In this document: positions 33,121-45,213 of the stretch, piece by piece | Position numbering within the stretch: the first letter of the stretch is position 1 | Layout of the letters: each line of letters begins with the position of its first letter | Source of the DNA: Spirochaetia bacterium | GTDB lineage: Bacteria > Spirochaetota > Spirochaetia > SZUA-6 > Bin103 | Assembly (NCBI GenBank): GCA_965198005.1 | Contig: CBDAOI010000003.1 | Span: forward strand, 544,001 to 608,000 | DNA: 64,000 bases | Direction: 5' to 3' | Program-made: the position numbers and the translations under genes | The notes under the pieces: generated by a model | The model's database searches: none | What the model was told of the DNA's origin: nothing | Seen by the model: only the letters and a program-made list of their open reading frames with translations

Positions 33121-36100
33121 ATGACCAGTAGCAACTCACTGAGGTCGAGTTCGGGCGGTGCGACGGACGGCAGCGCACCTGCGCTGGACGTCTTTGCGCT
33201 CCGCGACAGCGTCGTCGACGAGTACAAGCGCTTCGCAACATCGTTCACGACGATCCACGCTCCGGACATCCGCGAGCAGGTTGCGGCCATCTACGCCGAG
33301 GATCGCTACTGGCCCGAGCCGCTCATCCAAGTCAACCCGAGCTACAAACGTTCGACGGACGTCGGCACCTTGGTTGCGAACGGCGTCGTACACCCTGGCT
33401 GCGCCGACATCTTCCGTGCGAACGGTCAGCCGCTGTCCCTCTACAAGCACCAGGAGCAGGCCATCGCGCTCGCCGCAGAGGGAGAGAGCTTCGTGGTGAC
33501 GACCGGCACGGGGTCTGGGAAGTCGCTCTGCTTCTTCATCCCCATCGTCAGCCATGTGCTGGCGGCACGGCGGACGACCGCGCAGCGGCGCACGCAGGCG
33601 ATTGTCGTCTACCCGATGAACGCGCTCGCGAACTCCCAGATGGAGGAGCTGAGCAAGTTCATCGATCAGGTGCCTGGAGACCGGCCGGTCACGTTCGCCC
33701 GCTACACGGGGCAGGAGGACATGGACGAGCGGAGGCGCGTTGCAGACCAGCCCCCGGATATCCTTCTCACCAACTTCATGATGCTCGAGCTCCTCATGAC
33801 GCGGCAGGAGGAACTCGACCGGCGGGTCATCGGCAACTGCGCGGGCCTTCGCTTCCTGGTCCTGGACGAGCTCCACACGTACCGCGGCCGCCAGGGTGCA
33901 GACGTGGCGCTGCTGGTGCGCCGTGTCCGTGAGCGCCTGCAGCCTGACAAGCTCTTGTGCATCGGCACCTCGGCCACCATGGCGAGCGAAGGATCGCTGG
34001 AGGACAGGAGCCGGGTGGTCGCAGGTGTGGCCTCGAAGCTGTTCGGGGTCCCCATCGCCGACAGCAACATCATCTCCGAGACGCTTGAGCGCGTCACCGA
34101 TTCGTCTGCCACCGCCGATTCGGTAAGGCCCGACCTTGGCATGGCCATCGATGCCGGCATACCGCCGGACATCTCCGACGCGGCACTTCGGGAGCACCCG
34201 CTCGCGGTTTGGGTGGAGACGCGGCTTGGTATCTCGTTCTCCGAGGTCGATCAGCGCTGGGTCCGGGCAAAACCCATGACGGTGACCGACGCGGTGGACA
34301 GGCTGTCGGCGGAAGCCGGTCGACCTGAGGCTGCCTGCGCCAAGGCGCTGCGAGAGCTTCTTCTCGTGTCGAGCGTCCCCGAGCGGCTACGGACCTCGAA
34401 CCCTGGGGCAAGCGAGAGCAACTTCTACTCGTTCAAGCTCCACCAGTTCATCTCGGGTGCCGGCCACGCCTACATGACGATCGAGCCGCCCGGCACACGC
34501 GAGGTGACGGTGGAGGGTCAGCAGTTTCTCCCCGGCCACGCCGACAAGCGCCTTTACGCCGTACACTTCTGCCGCGAATGTGGGCACGAATATCACCCGG
34601 TACGGCTCGTGCATCAGGAGGGGGAGGCGTTCTGCCTCGCGCGTGATATCGACGACGCGCCACTGACCAAGCAGGACAAGCCCGACGCAGAGCCGCAAGA
34701 GGCGCAGCCCGAGGGCGAGATCTTCGGTTTCCTGACGCCGCATCCGCCCAACGATCCCGACTTCAGATTCCAAGACTGCGACGAGGACTACCCGGAGACT
34801 TGGCTCGAGTTCGACGCCAGCGGCCGCCCGCGGCTCAAGAAGTACTACCGCGAAGCACGAGCGCGGCGCTTTCTGGTCGCGCCCGACGGTCAGGTCGGTT
34901 CGGGAACGACGGTATGGTTCTTGCCCGGCAAGTTCCGAGTCTGTCTCCGTTGCGGGCACACCCAGGGCGGGGCGGCGCGCGATCGCACACGTCTCGCCTC
35001 GCTGTCAGCGGAGGGCCGAAGCTCGGCAACCACCGTACTCGTGGCCAGCGCGCTGCGGTGGATGCACGGCGGCGAGTCGGGGCTGGACCTCTACACGCGC
35101 AAGCTGCTCGGCTTCACCGACAACCGTCAGGACGCCGCGCTGCAGGCCGGCCACTTCAACGATTTTCTCTTCGTGAGCCTCGTCCGCGCCGGTTTTCTCG
35201 GGGCGCTGCACGAAGCCGGCTCGAAAGGGCTCCGGAGCGACGAGTTGGGCGTCGCCGTGCAGCGCACGCTTGGCTTCGACCGATCGGCGGCGCAGATCCG
35301 CGCCGAGTGGTTACTGGAGCCCTCGCTGCGCGGCTTCAACTTGCAGGAGGCCGAGCGCACGCTCCGGCAGGTGCTCGCCTACCGCGTGTGGTTCGATCAA
35401 CGACGCGGCTGGCGCTACACGAACCCCAACCTCGAGCAGCTCGAGATGGTCCAGGTGGAGTACCTCGGCCTCGACGAGCTCGCCGCGGACGACGAGCTGT
35501 TTGCCGACTCGCACCCCTTGCTGCAGCAGGCCGGCCGCGCTGTCCGGAAAGAGGTCTATCGTAAGCTGCTCCACCACCTGCGGCAGTGGATGGCGATCCG
35601 CAGCCAAGTGCTCGACGTGGCGGTCTTGGAGCAGTTGGTGGCGAAGTCGCACAGCCGCATCCGGGCGCCCTGGGGACTCGGCAATGACGAGCAGCCGAGA
35701 GGTGCGCGCTGGCTGATGATCGTCGCGCCCACGCGCCGGGCAAGCACCCTCCGCGACATGGATCTGATCGTGCGCGGCGGCTCACGAAGTGGTCTTGGGC
35801 GCACGCTGCGCTCGACGAGGCTCTGGGGCGGCGACCCGTCCATCCGCGATCTGAAGTCGAAGGAGCTCGACCAACTCATCGAGGACCTCCTCCGTGCGGG
35901 TGTGACGCACGGTCTGGTGTCGGAGGAGAGCACCCCATTCGACCAGCCCGGGTGGCGCCTCAACGACGCGTGCGTCGTGTTCCAATTGGGCGACGCGCCG
36001 GCGGCCGGCAGCGACTCCAAGCAGAACGCGTTCTTCCGCGACCTCTACGGGAACCTCGCGACGATGCTCCGCGCGCCGATGCATCCGCTGTTCGGGTTCG

Positions 36101-38472
36101 AGGCGCGCGAGCACACCGCCCAGGTCGATCCCGACAACCGGGAGCTCCGGGAGAAGCGCTTCCGCTTCGGTGAACGAGAGCGCGAGGAGCTGGGGACGAA
36201 CGAGCAGCTACTCCGCGAGGTCGGCGAAACCAATCGGTTCCTGCCGGTCCTCTTCTGTTCCCCTACGATGGAGCTCGGCGTCGACATCGCGGCGCTCAAC
36301 GCCGTCCACATGCGCAACGTGCCGCCGACGCCGGCGAACTACGCCCAACGCGGCGGCCGCGCGGGCCGCAATGGACAGGCTGCCCTGGTTATCACGTACG
36401 CGTCTTCGCAGAGCCCGCACGACCAGCACTTCTTCCACGATCCCAAGGAGATGGTGCACGGCGAGGTACGTGCACCGGTGCTCGAACTCGCGAACCGGGA
36501 CCTGATCGACAGCCATCTGCAGGCGCTCTGGCTCTCGTGCGTCGACCAATCGCTCGACCCCTGCATCGCGGAACTGCTCGACCTCAATGACCGCAACCGT
36601 CCCCTCAAACCGGACATCAAGGCCGCGCTGGCGGAGAGGCGCGTCGCTGATAACGCTGGCAAACGAATTCGGCGCGTTCTGGACCTGGTCGCAGACGATC
36701 TCACGCCCGCGATCGCACCCTGGTACACCGGCCGGGACGCTTATTCGGACGCCATCGTGGCGTCGGCCGCGCAGCGCTTCGACGAGGCGTTTCATCGCTG
36801 GCGCCACCTCTTTGCCGCCGCCGAGGAGCAGCGCGATGCTGCGCGCAGGACCATGGACGACTACTCGTCCCCCTACCAGGAGAAGCGGGCGGCGCAGAGC
36901 CGGCACGCGCAGGCGGTGGACCAGCTCAACCTGCTGCAGCGTGGGACGAGCGCGCTGTCGAGCGACTTCTACACCTACCGGTACCTCGCCACCGAGGGCT
37001 TCCTGCCTGGGTACAACTTCCCCCGGCTGCCTCTGCTGGCTTACATCCCGGCGAGTCGAGATGGTCGTGGACGGCAGACCTACCTGCAGCGTCCGCGCTT
37101 TCTCGCGCTGGCCGAGTTCGGCCCTCGCAGCCTCGTGTACCACGAGGGGCGCGCCCACCGGGTCGTGCGAGCGCTCTTGTCGCTCGGTCATCGGGATGCC
37201 GCGACGCCTGACGCGCAACTGACCACGAAGGCCGTGCGCATCTGCGCGGACTGCGGGGCAGGGCACTTCGGCGATGATCTGTCGATGTGCCACTCCTGCG
37301 GAACGTCGCTCGGCAACGCCGAGGTCGTAGGAAATACCTATAGGATCGAAAACGTTGCCACGCAGCCGGCCGAGCAGATCACCGCGAACGACGAAGAGCG
37401 CCAGCGCCAGGGGTTCGACCTGCAGACGACGTTCGAGTGGGCGATCCGCGACCAGGAGATCGACGTGCAGCGCGCGTTGGCCCGCGACGAGGAGGGCGTG
37501 ATCGTGAGCATGGCGTACGGCGCCGGGGCGACCATCACGCGCCTCAACAAGGGTCTGCGCCGGAGAGCCAACAAGAAGGTCCTCGGCTTCCGTATCGATC
37601 CGGTGTCCGGGTACTGGGCCAAGAACGAGGACGACGCGGACGAGAGCGCACTCGATCCCACCGCCTCGCCTCGGCAGTGGATCGTCCCCAGCGTTCAGGA
37701 CCGCAGAAACGCGCTCCTCTTTCAGCCCGCCGGCGACACTCTTTCGGAAATCACCATGGCCACCGTGCAGCATGCGATCCTGCGCGGCATCGAGGCGGTG
37801 TTCCAACTCGAGGAAGGCGAGATGCTCGCCGAACCGATGCCGACGCGTGACGTGCGCAACGGCTTCCTGCTCTACGAGGCCACCGAAGGCGGAGCCGGCG
37901 TGCTCACGCGGCTCGTGAGCCAGGAGAACAGCCTATCCACCGTCGCACGAACGGCGCTGCAGATCATGCACCTCGCTGTCGGCGAGGATCCTTTGCCAGA
38001 GTCCACGGCAGGCCTTGCAGACCAGGGGACGGCCTGCGTGGCGGCCTGCTATCGGTGCCTGATGTCGTACTACAACCAGCCCGATCACGAGAATCTCGAC
38101 CGCCGCGACGAGGACGCTCGGGAGATACTGCTGCGCTTGGCGCGCGCCGACACGGTAGTAGGCACGGTCAAGGGGATACGGATACAGGCATTCCAATCTT
38201 CCAACGGCGAAGACTCACGCGACGGTCGGTGGCTCGCCGAAGCGGCGCGGCGTGGGATTCCGGCGCCGGATCCGAAGCCGCTCGTGGCAGGCGACCGGTC
38301 CGTGCGCTGCGTGTGGCGCCGGCACTACGTTGCTGCTGTCATCGACAAGACCGACCGTCCAGCCCTGCAGGCGATGGAGGACCTCGGCTTCGAGGTGATT
38401 CAGTTCGACGATCCTGCCGGCTGGAACGCTACCTTCGCGCGGCTGGCTGCCGCCCTCGGGCAAGCGCCGTGA
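33121..38472 (+). CDS. Large YprA-like DEAD/DEAH helicase with DUF1998 (DrmA/DrmB-related)
   Basis: LYKHQ, TGTGSGKS, YPMNALANSQ, DELHTY, SAT, SPTMELGVDI, QRGGRAGR, several CxxC pairs, C-terminal CVAACYRCL. Confidence 0.92.
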   Translation: MTSSNSLRSSSGGATDGSAPALDVFALRDSVVDEYKRFATSFTTIHAPDIREQVAAIYAEDRYWPEPLIQVNPSYKRSTDVGTLVANGVVHPGCADIFRANGQPLSLYKHQEQAIALAAEGESFVVTTGTGSGKSLCFFIPIVSHVLAARRTTAQRRTQAIVVYPMNALANSQMEELSKFIDQVPGDRPVTFARYTGQEDMDERRRVADQPPDILLTNFMMLELLMTRQEELDRRVIGNCAGLRFLVLDELHTYRGRQGADVALLVRRVRERLQPDKLLCIGTSATMASEGSLEDRSRVVAGVASKLFGVPIADSNIISETLERVTDSSATADSVRPDLGMAIDAGIPPDISDAALREHPLAVWVETRLGISFSEVDQRWVRAKPMTVTDAVDRLSAEAGRPEAACAKALRELLLVSSVPERLRTSNPGASESNFYSFKLHQFISGAGHAYMTIEPPGTREVTVEGQQFLPGHADKRLYAVHFCRECGHEYHPVRLVHQEGEAFCLARDIDDAPLTKQDKPDAEPQEAQPEGEIFGFLTPHPPNDPDFRFQDCDEDYPETWLEFDASGRPRLKKYYREARARRFLVAPDGQVGSGTTVWFLPGKFRVCLRCGHTQGGAARDRTRLASLSAEGRSSATTVLVASALRWMHGGESGLDLYTRKLLGFTDNRQDAALQAGHFNDFLFVSLVRAGFLGALHEAGSKGLRSDELGVAVQRTLGFDRSAAQIRAEWLLEPSLRGFNLQEAERTLRQVLAYRVWFDQRRGWRYTNPNLEQLEMVQVEYLGLDELAADDELFADSHPLLQQAGRAVRKEVYRKLLHHLRQWMAIRSQVLDVAVLEQLVAKSHSRIRAPWGLGNDEQPRGARWLMIVAPTRRASTLRDMDLIVRGGSRSGLGRTLRSTRLWGGDPSIRDLKSKELDQLIEDLLRAGVTHGLVSEESTPFDQPGWRLNDACVVFQLGDAPAAGSDSKQNAFFRDLYGNLATMLRAPMHPLFGFEAREHTAQVDPDNRELREKRFRFGEREREELGTNEQLLREVGETNRFLPVLFCSPTMELGVDIAALNAVHMRNVPPTPANYAQRGGRAGRNGQAALVITYASSQSPHDQHFFHDPKEMVHGEVRAPVLELANRDLIDSHLQALWLSCVDQSLDPCIAELLDLNDRNRPLKPDIKAALAERRVADNAGKRIRRVLDLVADDLTPAIAPWYTGRDAYSDAIVASAAQRFDEAFHRWRHLFAAAEEQRDAARRTMDDYSSPYQEKRAAQSRHAQAVDQLNLLQRGTSALSSDFYTYRYLATEGFLPGYNFPRLPLLAYIPASRDGRGRQTYLQRPRFLALAEFGPRSLVYHEGRAHRVVRALLSLGHRDAATPDAQLTTKAVRICADCGAGHFGDDLSMCHSCGTSLGNAEVVGNTYRIENVATQPAEQITANDEERQRQGFDLQTTFEWAIRDQEIDVQRALARDEEGVIVSMAYGAGATITRLNKGLRRRANKKVLGFRIDPVSGYWAKNEDDADESALDPTASPRQWIVPSVQDRRNALLFQPAGDTLSEITMATVQHAILRGIEAVFQLEEGEMLAEPMPTRDVRNGFLLYEATEGGAGVLTRLVSQENSLSTVARTALQIMHLAVGEDPLPESTAGLADQGTACVAACYRCLMSYYNQPDHENLDRRDEDAREILLRLARADTVVGTVKGIRIQAFQSSNGEDSRDGRWLAEAARRGIPAPDPKPLVAGDRSVRCVWRRHYVAAVIDKTDRPALQAMEDLGFEVIQFDDPAGWNATFARLAAALGQAP

Positions 38473-41255
38473 GCGACCTCGTCTACACGCCCGGCAGCCT
38501 TGTCAGCGCGCGCGGGCGGGAGTGGGTGGTCCTCACCGGAAGCTCGGCGGAGACGTTGCGGGTCCGTCCGGTCACGGGGACGGATGCGGATCGGACGCTG
38601 ATCCACCTGCCGCTGGAGGTGGACCCGGTTCGCGAGGCCCGGTTCCCCTTGCCGAGCACGCAGCAGCTCGGCGGGCACGACTCGGCCCTGCTGCTTCGCG
38701 ACGCGTTGCTGTTATCGCTGCGACGGGGTGCCGGCCCGTTTCGGAGCTTCGGACAGATCTCGGTTGAGCCGCGCGCCTACCAGCTTGTGCCGCTGCTCAT
38801 GGCGCTCAAGCTCGATCCGGTACGCCTGCTCATCGCGGACGACGTCGGGGTCGGCAAGACGATCGAGGCTCTGCTCATCGCCCGCGAGCTGCTCGACCGC
38901 GGCGACATCGACCGTACCGTCGTGCTCTGTCCGCCGCACCTCGTGGACCAGTGGGTCACCGAGCTGGAGGTTCGCTTCCATATCCGCGCCGCGGCCGTCA
39001 CCGCCCGGAGCACGCGCCGCTTGGAGCGGGGCATACCGCCGGGCGTGAGCATCTTCTCGCAGTACCGGCACACGGTCGTCAGTCTCGACTACGTGAAGAC
39101 CCGCGAGAGGCGAGACCACTTCCTCCAGGCGTGTCCCGACTTCGTGATCGTTGACGAGGCCCACACCTGCGCCTCGGCCGGGCGGGGCCGGCATCAGCGG
39201 TACGAACTGCTCCAGGGTCTGGCCGGCACCGCACCGCGGCACCTCGTCCTGCTCACGGCGACTCCGCACAGCGGCGATGACGCCGCCTTCTACCGGCTGC
39301 TCGGCCTGCTCTCCCCGGACTTCGAGCGGCTGGTGGAGGTCACCGGCACGGCGCGCGAACGTCTTCGCGACCGACTTGCGAGGCACTTCGTCCAGAGACG
39401 GCGCCCCGACATCGCCGAGTGGCACGAGGGCGACATCTTCCCACGCCGCGAAACCAGGGAACTCACCTACCAGCTCACCGGAGCCTGGGAAGCCTTCTTC
39501 AACACCGTCCTCGATTACTGCGCCGAGGTCGTGGCGACAGGCGCCGGGGACGAGATGCGGCAGCGCCTCAACTTCTGGGGAACGCTGGCGCTCCTGCGCT
39601 GCACCGGGTCGAGCCCCGTTGCGGCCGTGCTGGCCCTGCGCACCCGTGCCGGCGAGGATCTCGGCGACGAGACCCGCGAGGATCTTCTCGATCGCATCTT
39701 CGACGGTGACGTCGACGCACTCGTCGCGGACGACGTCGAGCCCCCGGTCGGTGGCGACAGCCCCGCGCTGGCACGGCTGATAAGGCGGGCGGAGAGTCTC
39801 GCGGGCCAGAGCGGCGATCCCAAGCTCAGGACCGCCTCGGAACACGTCGCGGAGCTGGTCGAGGCGGGGTTCAACGTGGTGGTGTTCTGTCGTTTCATCG
39901 CGACCGCTCACTACGTGGCGCGTCACTTCCGCGAGAACCTGAAGGGAAGTGCCGTCGGCGTCGTGACCGGCGAGATGCCCCCGGAAGAGCGCCAGGCGCT
40001 AGTAGCGCGGATCGGCGCGACCGAAGGCGCCAGGGTCCTGGTCACCACCGACTGCCTGTCGGAGGGCGTCAACCTGCAGGATTGCTTCGACGCCGTCGTT
40101 CACTACGACCTATCGTGGAACCCCACGCGGCATGAGCAGCGCGAGGGCCGCGTGGATCGCTTCGGCCAGCCGAGCAAGACAGTACGCGCCACGCTCCTGT
40201 ACGGCGACAACAACCCGGTTGATGGCGAGGTGCTCCGGGTCATCCTGCGCAAGGCCGCTCGTATCCGCGAGGAACTCGGCGTCCCCGTACCCGTGCCGGA
40301 CGAGGGCCACTCGCTCACCCAGGCGCTGCTCAAGGCCGTGCTCCTGCGGCGGCGCGGCCGCTCGGCCGGCGCCGAGGGGCGGCAGCTCGAACTGTTCGAC
40401 AACCAATGGGAGGACACGAGGGCGAAGGCAAGAAGGAATCGGACCGTGTTCGCCCAGCGGCGCATCAAGCCCGAAGAGGTGCTGCCCGAATGGCACAAGA
40501 GTCTTTCCGCAATCGGCGGCCGTGACGACGTGCAGCGCTTTGCCAGTCGCGCGCTCGCCCGGCTCGGTTCCGGGCTCGAACCGCTCGGGCGCGGATTCAA
40601 GGTTGCAACGGCACCACTGCCGGAGGAGGTTCGCGAGCGTCTGGAGACGGAAGACATCGCGGGTACGGTCGCCATCGACTTCGCCTATCCCTCGGCGCCG
40701 GGATGCCGCCCGGTGCAGCGCAGCCATCCTCTCATCGCCGTGCTCGCCGAGACGCTGCTCGGGCGTACCCTCTCGGTCGACAACAACGGCGCCATGGCGA
40801 GCGACGCCTCGGTCCTCGGACGGGTCGGTTGCTGGATCTCGGAGGGAGTGCGCGCTCGCTCGACGGTCGTGCTCCTCCGGCTGCGCCACCAGCTCTTGTC
40901 GCGCACGCGGCGCCAGGAGACGACACTGATGGTTGAAGAGGCGACCGCGTTGGCCTGGGTCGCCGCCGGAACCGCAGGGCCGATCACCGGTCCCGAAGCC
41001 CTGTCACTGCTCGCGTACGCTCCGGCTGATGATCCACCGCGGCATGTTCGAGAACGCGAGGCCGCACGAGCTCTTGCCCTGCTCCAGGAGCGTGCGGCAG
41101 ATATCGAGGCGTTCGCGGATGTGCGCGCGTGCGCCTTGCTCGACGACCATCTGCGCGTGCGCGAAGCCAGCAGTGCGACTGGGCGCACTTCCGTGCAGGC
41201 GCTCCCGCGTCCCGACGTGATCGGCGCGTACGTGCTCCTGCCGCGGGTGGACTGA
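38469..41255 (+). CDS. SNF2/SWI2 helicase (DrmD-like)
   Basis: PRAYQ, LIADDVGVGKT, DEAH, LTATPHSG, SEGVNLQ, WNPTRHEQREGRVDR; GTGA overlap with upstream gene. Confidence 0.92.
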   Translation: MSDLVYTPGSLVSARGREWVVLTGSSAETLRVRPVTGTDADRTLIHLPLEVDPVREARFPLPSTQQLGGHDSALLLRDALLLSLRRGAGPFRSFGQISVEPRAYQLVPLLMALKLDPVRLLIADDVGVGKTIEALLIARELLDRGDIDRTVVLCPPHLVDQWVTELEVRFHIRAAAVTARSTRRLERGIPPGVSIFSQYRHTVVSLDYVKTRERRDHFLQACPDFVIVDEAHTCASAGRGRHQRYELLQGLAGTAPRHLVLLTATPHSGDDAAFYRLLGLLSPDFERLVEVTGTARERLRDRLARHFVQRRRPDIAEWHEGDIFPRRETRELTYQLTGAWEAFFNTVLDYCAEVVATGAGDEMRQRLNFWGTLALLRCTGSSPVAAVLALRTRAGEDLGDETREDLLDRIFDGDVDALVADDVEPPVGGDSPALARLIRRAESLAGQSGDPKLRTASEHVAELVEAGFNVVVFCRFIATAHYVARHFRENLKGSAVGVVTGEMPPEERQALVARIGATEGARVLVTTDCLSEGVNLQDCFDAVVHYDLSWNPTRHEQREGRVDRFGQPSKTVRATLLYGDNNPVDGEVLRVILRKAARIREELGVPVPVPDEGHSLTQALLKAVLLRRRGRSAGAEGRQLELFDNQWEDTRAKARRNRTVFAQRRIKPEEVLPEWHKSLSAIGGRDDVQRFASRALARLGSGLEPLGRGFKVATAPLPEEVRERLETEDIAGTVAIDFAYPSAPGCRPVQRSHPLIAVLAETLLGRTLSVDNNGAMASDASVLGRVGCWISEGVRARSTVVLLRLRHQLLSRTRRQETTLMVEEATALAWVAAGTAGPITGPEALSLLAYAPADDPPRHVREREAARALALLQERAADIEAFADVRACALLDDHLRVREASSATGRTSVQALPRPDVIGAYVLLPRVD

Positions 41256-41257
41256 CC

Positions 41258-44200
41258 TTGGCGCCTCGTCGACGCAGCCTGGGCGAGGCTCGTCTCGCCT
41301 TCGACGCCCTCTCGATCGAGGGCGGTCTTCTTGGCGCCGAGTGGTTTGGAAGGGTGGCTCAGCTTCAGGCTGCGGCCCAGGAGCCAGCCGATTACCGTAT
41401 TCCGAAGGGCCTCGAAATCCGCGACGAGATTGCCCGCGGCTGGCGCATTGCCCAGGCGTGCTTTCAGGAAATGGAAGCCGGTCGGGCCTCGGGAGGCAAC
41501 GCGCGCGCGCTTGCAGAGCGATTCATCGAGGAACTTCTCCGCGACGCGTTTGGTTTTGCGTCCGTCGCGCGCACCGGGCCAAGGACAATCGGTGAGCGGG
41601 TATATCCGGTTCGGTTCTTCGCCCTCGGCGACCGGGTTCCTATCGTGGTGGCCCCGGCGGGAGCGGGCCTGGACGCCCCTCTGCCCGAGCTGGGAGACGA
41701 ACGCCGGCGCCGGACCGCATTCGGGCTCCTGCAGGAGACGCTGAATGCCTCCGACGCGGCGCTCTGGGGTCTGGCGTCGGACGGGCTCTCGCTGCGGATC
41801 GCGCGCGACAACGCGAGTCTCACGCGGCCGGCGTGGATCGAAGCCGACCTCAACAGAATCTTTACCGAGGACCTGTACCCCGACTTCGCCGCGCTCTGGC
41901 TCATCGCGCAGGAGTCGCGCTTCGGCCGCGCGGAGGCCCCGGCCGCGACCTGCCCGCTGGAGGTGTGGCGGGAGGAGGCTCGGCAGGACGGGACTCGGGC
42001 ACGGGACAAGCTGAGCGCCGGCTTTCAGCAGGCGCTCAGGATTCTGGGGCAGGGGTTCCTTTCTCATGCCGCGAACTCGAAGCTTCGTTCTGCGCTGCAC
42101 GCCGGCGATCTCACGACCGATCGCTACTTCGGGCAACTCCTGCGACTTGTCTATCGGCTCATCTTTCTGCTCACGGTCGAGGAACGGAACCTGCTGCACC
42201 CGAATGACGCATCCGACTCGGCCCGCCAGCTCTATGCCGATGGATACGCCCTCCGCCGCCTTCGCGATCGGGCGGTTCGCCGGAGCGCCCACGATCGCCA
42301 TGGGGATCTCTGGGAGGTGGTCAAGATCGTATGCCGGGGTCTTGCAGGTGGCGAATCGCGGCTCGGGCTGCCCGCCCTCGCCGGACTGTTTGCGCCGGAG
42401 GAGTGCCCGGAGCTTGACGCGGCGAAGATCGAGAACCGTGCGTTCCTCGGCGCTCTGTTCCATCTGGCATGGCTTCGCGAGCCTTCGGGACTGGTTCGTG
42501 TGAACTGGCGCGACATGGGCGCGGATGAGCTCGGTTACATCTACGAGGGCCTTCTCGAACTGGTCCCACAGATTACCGAGGACGGCCGTTCCTTCTCGTT
42601 TGCGAGCGCCGACGAGAGCCGAGGCCATGCACGCAAGACGACCGGTAGCTACTACACGCCGGACGAGCTGGTGCAGCTTCTCCTCGCAAGCGCCCTCGAT
42701 CCAGTGGTCAAGCATACGGTGAATGCTCATTCCGATCGTGCCGCCGATGCTCTCCTTGAGTTGACGATCGTCGATCCTGCTTGCGGCTCGGGGCACTTTC
42801 TGCTCGCCGCAGCGCGTCGGCTGGCCGATCACGTCGCGCGCATCCGGTCGGCAGGTACGCCCACGCCGGATGACTACCAGCACGCGCTCCGCGACGTCGT
42901 TCGGCGCTGCATCTACGGCGTCGACGTGAACCCGCTGGCCGTCGAGCTGTGCAAGGTGAGCCTCTGGATGGAATCGATCGATCCGGGCCTGCCGCTCACC
43001 TTCCTGGAGAGCCATGTCCGTTGCGGCAACTCCCTGATCGGCACGACCCGTGCGCTGATGGGCGAACAGGTGCCGGCTGCCGCGTGGGTGGCTCTCGAGG
43101 GAGACGACAAGAAGGTCACCAGATCGCTCAAGCGGCGCAACCAGGAGGAGATCGCAGGTCAGCGCGGCCTACTGTTTGAACCTCGAAACGAGACGGACAC
43201 GTTACGCGATGCGATACGCGCGGTGGAGCAGGCCCCGGACGCGGACGCGACCACCTTGGAGGAGAAGCATCGAAAGTGGGAGGCACTCCTGGCCTCGCAG
43301 GCCTACGAGCACGAGAAGCTCGTGGCCGACGCGTGGTGCGCCGCCTTCCTCTGGCCCAAGGACGCCCCCGGCCCCGTCGTCGAAGCCGCACCCACGACGG
43401 CGGCGTGGCTCGCGCTCCGCGAGCAGGAGGCGCCGCCGTCCCCGGTGCTGGTCGAGACCACGCGGCGCATCGCCGAGGACTACGGCCTCTTTCACTGGGA
43501 GCTGGCGTTTCCGCACGTCTTTGCCCTAGGCGGTTTCGACGTCGTACTTGGCAATCCACCATGGGAGCGAATCAAGCTTCAGGAGCAGGAGTTCTTCGCC
43601 AGGCGCGAACCCTTAATCGCGCAGGCCCGGAACGCCGCCGAGCGAAAGAAGCTCATCGCTGCACTGCCAACGACGGACCCGGTTCTCTGGAACGAGTGGA
43701 CCGGTGCTACGCGTGTCGCACAGGGGCAGAGCCACTTCGTTCGACGATCCGGCCGTTACCCGCTGTGTGGAAAGGGCGACGTGAACACGTACGCGTTGTT
43801 CGCCGAGCACAACCTCCAGATGCTGGGTCTGCGCAGCCGCGCAGGATTCATCGTCCCGAGTGGCATCGCGACGGATGACCCGACCAAGGACTACTTCCAA
43901 GCGATCTTGAAGTCACGCGCTCTTCGATCGATGTGGGAGTTTGAGAACGAGGGGTTCTTTACGGCTGGCAAGGGGCACATGCTCCGGTTCGTGTTGACAA
44001 CTCTCTCCGGTCGGAACGATCCGTCGCCGTCGGCCGACTTCCTGTTTCAGGGGCAGGCGATCACGGAAATCGACGACCCTGAACGCCACTTCACCCTGAG
44101 TGCCGCCGACATAGAGACTATCAATCCGAACACGGGAACATGTCCAATCTTTCGCACGAAGCGTGATGCCACCATCGCGCTCGCGATCTATCGGCGCGCC

Positions 44201-45213
44201 GGAGTGCTCTGGAGAGAGGGTGACGCGGACGGCAACCCGTGGGGCCTGAGGTTCTTGCCCATGTTTCACATGACGAATGACTCCGGCCTGTTTCGCACGC
44301 GGGCCGAGCTGGCGTCGGCCGGGTGGAGGCCGGAAACCGACCGGTTCGAGAAGGATGGAAATGTTATGTTGCCTTTGTACGAAGCGAAGATGACCTACCA
44401 GTACAACCACAGAAGTGGCACCTTCGAGGCAGCGCAGGTCGGCAAAAGACCGCATCGGTTGCCATCCCCATCTGCCCAACAGCTCTCAGATCCGGCGTAT
44501 GCGCCGCAGCCGTTCTACTGGGTCGCAGAGAAGGAGATCGATGCCCGGCTCGATGGCGTCTGGGACCGCGGGTGGCTGCTCGGCTGGCGCGACGTGACGG
44601 ATGCGCGAGCGAGCGTGCGTACTGTCGTCGCGTGCATCATCCCGAGGACTGCGGTGAACAACAAGCTTCTACTGATGATGCCGTCTCATGATCCACAACT
44701 CGTGGCTGATCTCTACGCGAACCTACTGAGCATACCGTTCGACTATTGCGCAAGGCAGAAGGTCGGCGGGCTTAGCTTGAACTACTTCACTATGCGGCAG
44801 CTTCCTGGGCTCCAACCAATGACGTACGCGACATCCACGCCCTGGGCGCCATCGATACGAATTCGCGACTGGCTCCTCCCGCGTGTCCTGGAGCTCACCT
44901 ATACCGCCTGGGATCTTAAGGTATTCGCCGAGGATTGCGGTGACGACGGCCCACCCTTCATCTGGGATCCGAGCGCCGCTTCCAGCTCCGGTGCGAGATC
45001 GACGCGGCCTTTTTCCATTTGTACGGCATCTCTCGGGATGACACCGCCTACATCCTCGACACGTTTCCGGTCCTCAAGCGGTCGGAGAAACGCGAGCACG
45101 GCGAGTACCGGACGAAGCGCGCGGTGCTGGAGACTTACGATGCGCTGGCGGCGGCCTGTGCGAAGGGCATGCCCTACAACTCGCCGCTCGGACCGCCGAG
45201 GAGGGCGACATGA
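41258..45213 (+). CDS. Type IIG/Eco57I-like N6-adenine DNA methyltransferase (DrmMI-like), frameshift near 44970
   Basis: GSYYTP, DPACGSGHFL, YGVD, FDVVLGNPPW; C-terminus ERRFQLRCEIDAAFFHLYGISRDD continues in another frame to stop 45213. Confidence 0.88.
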
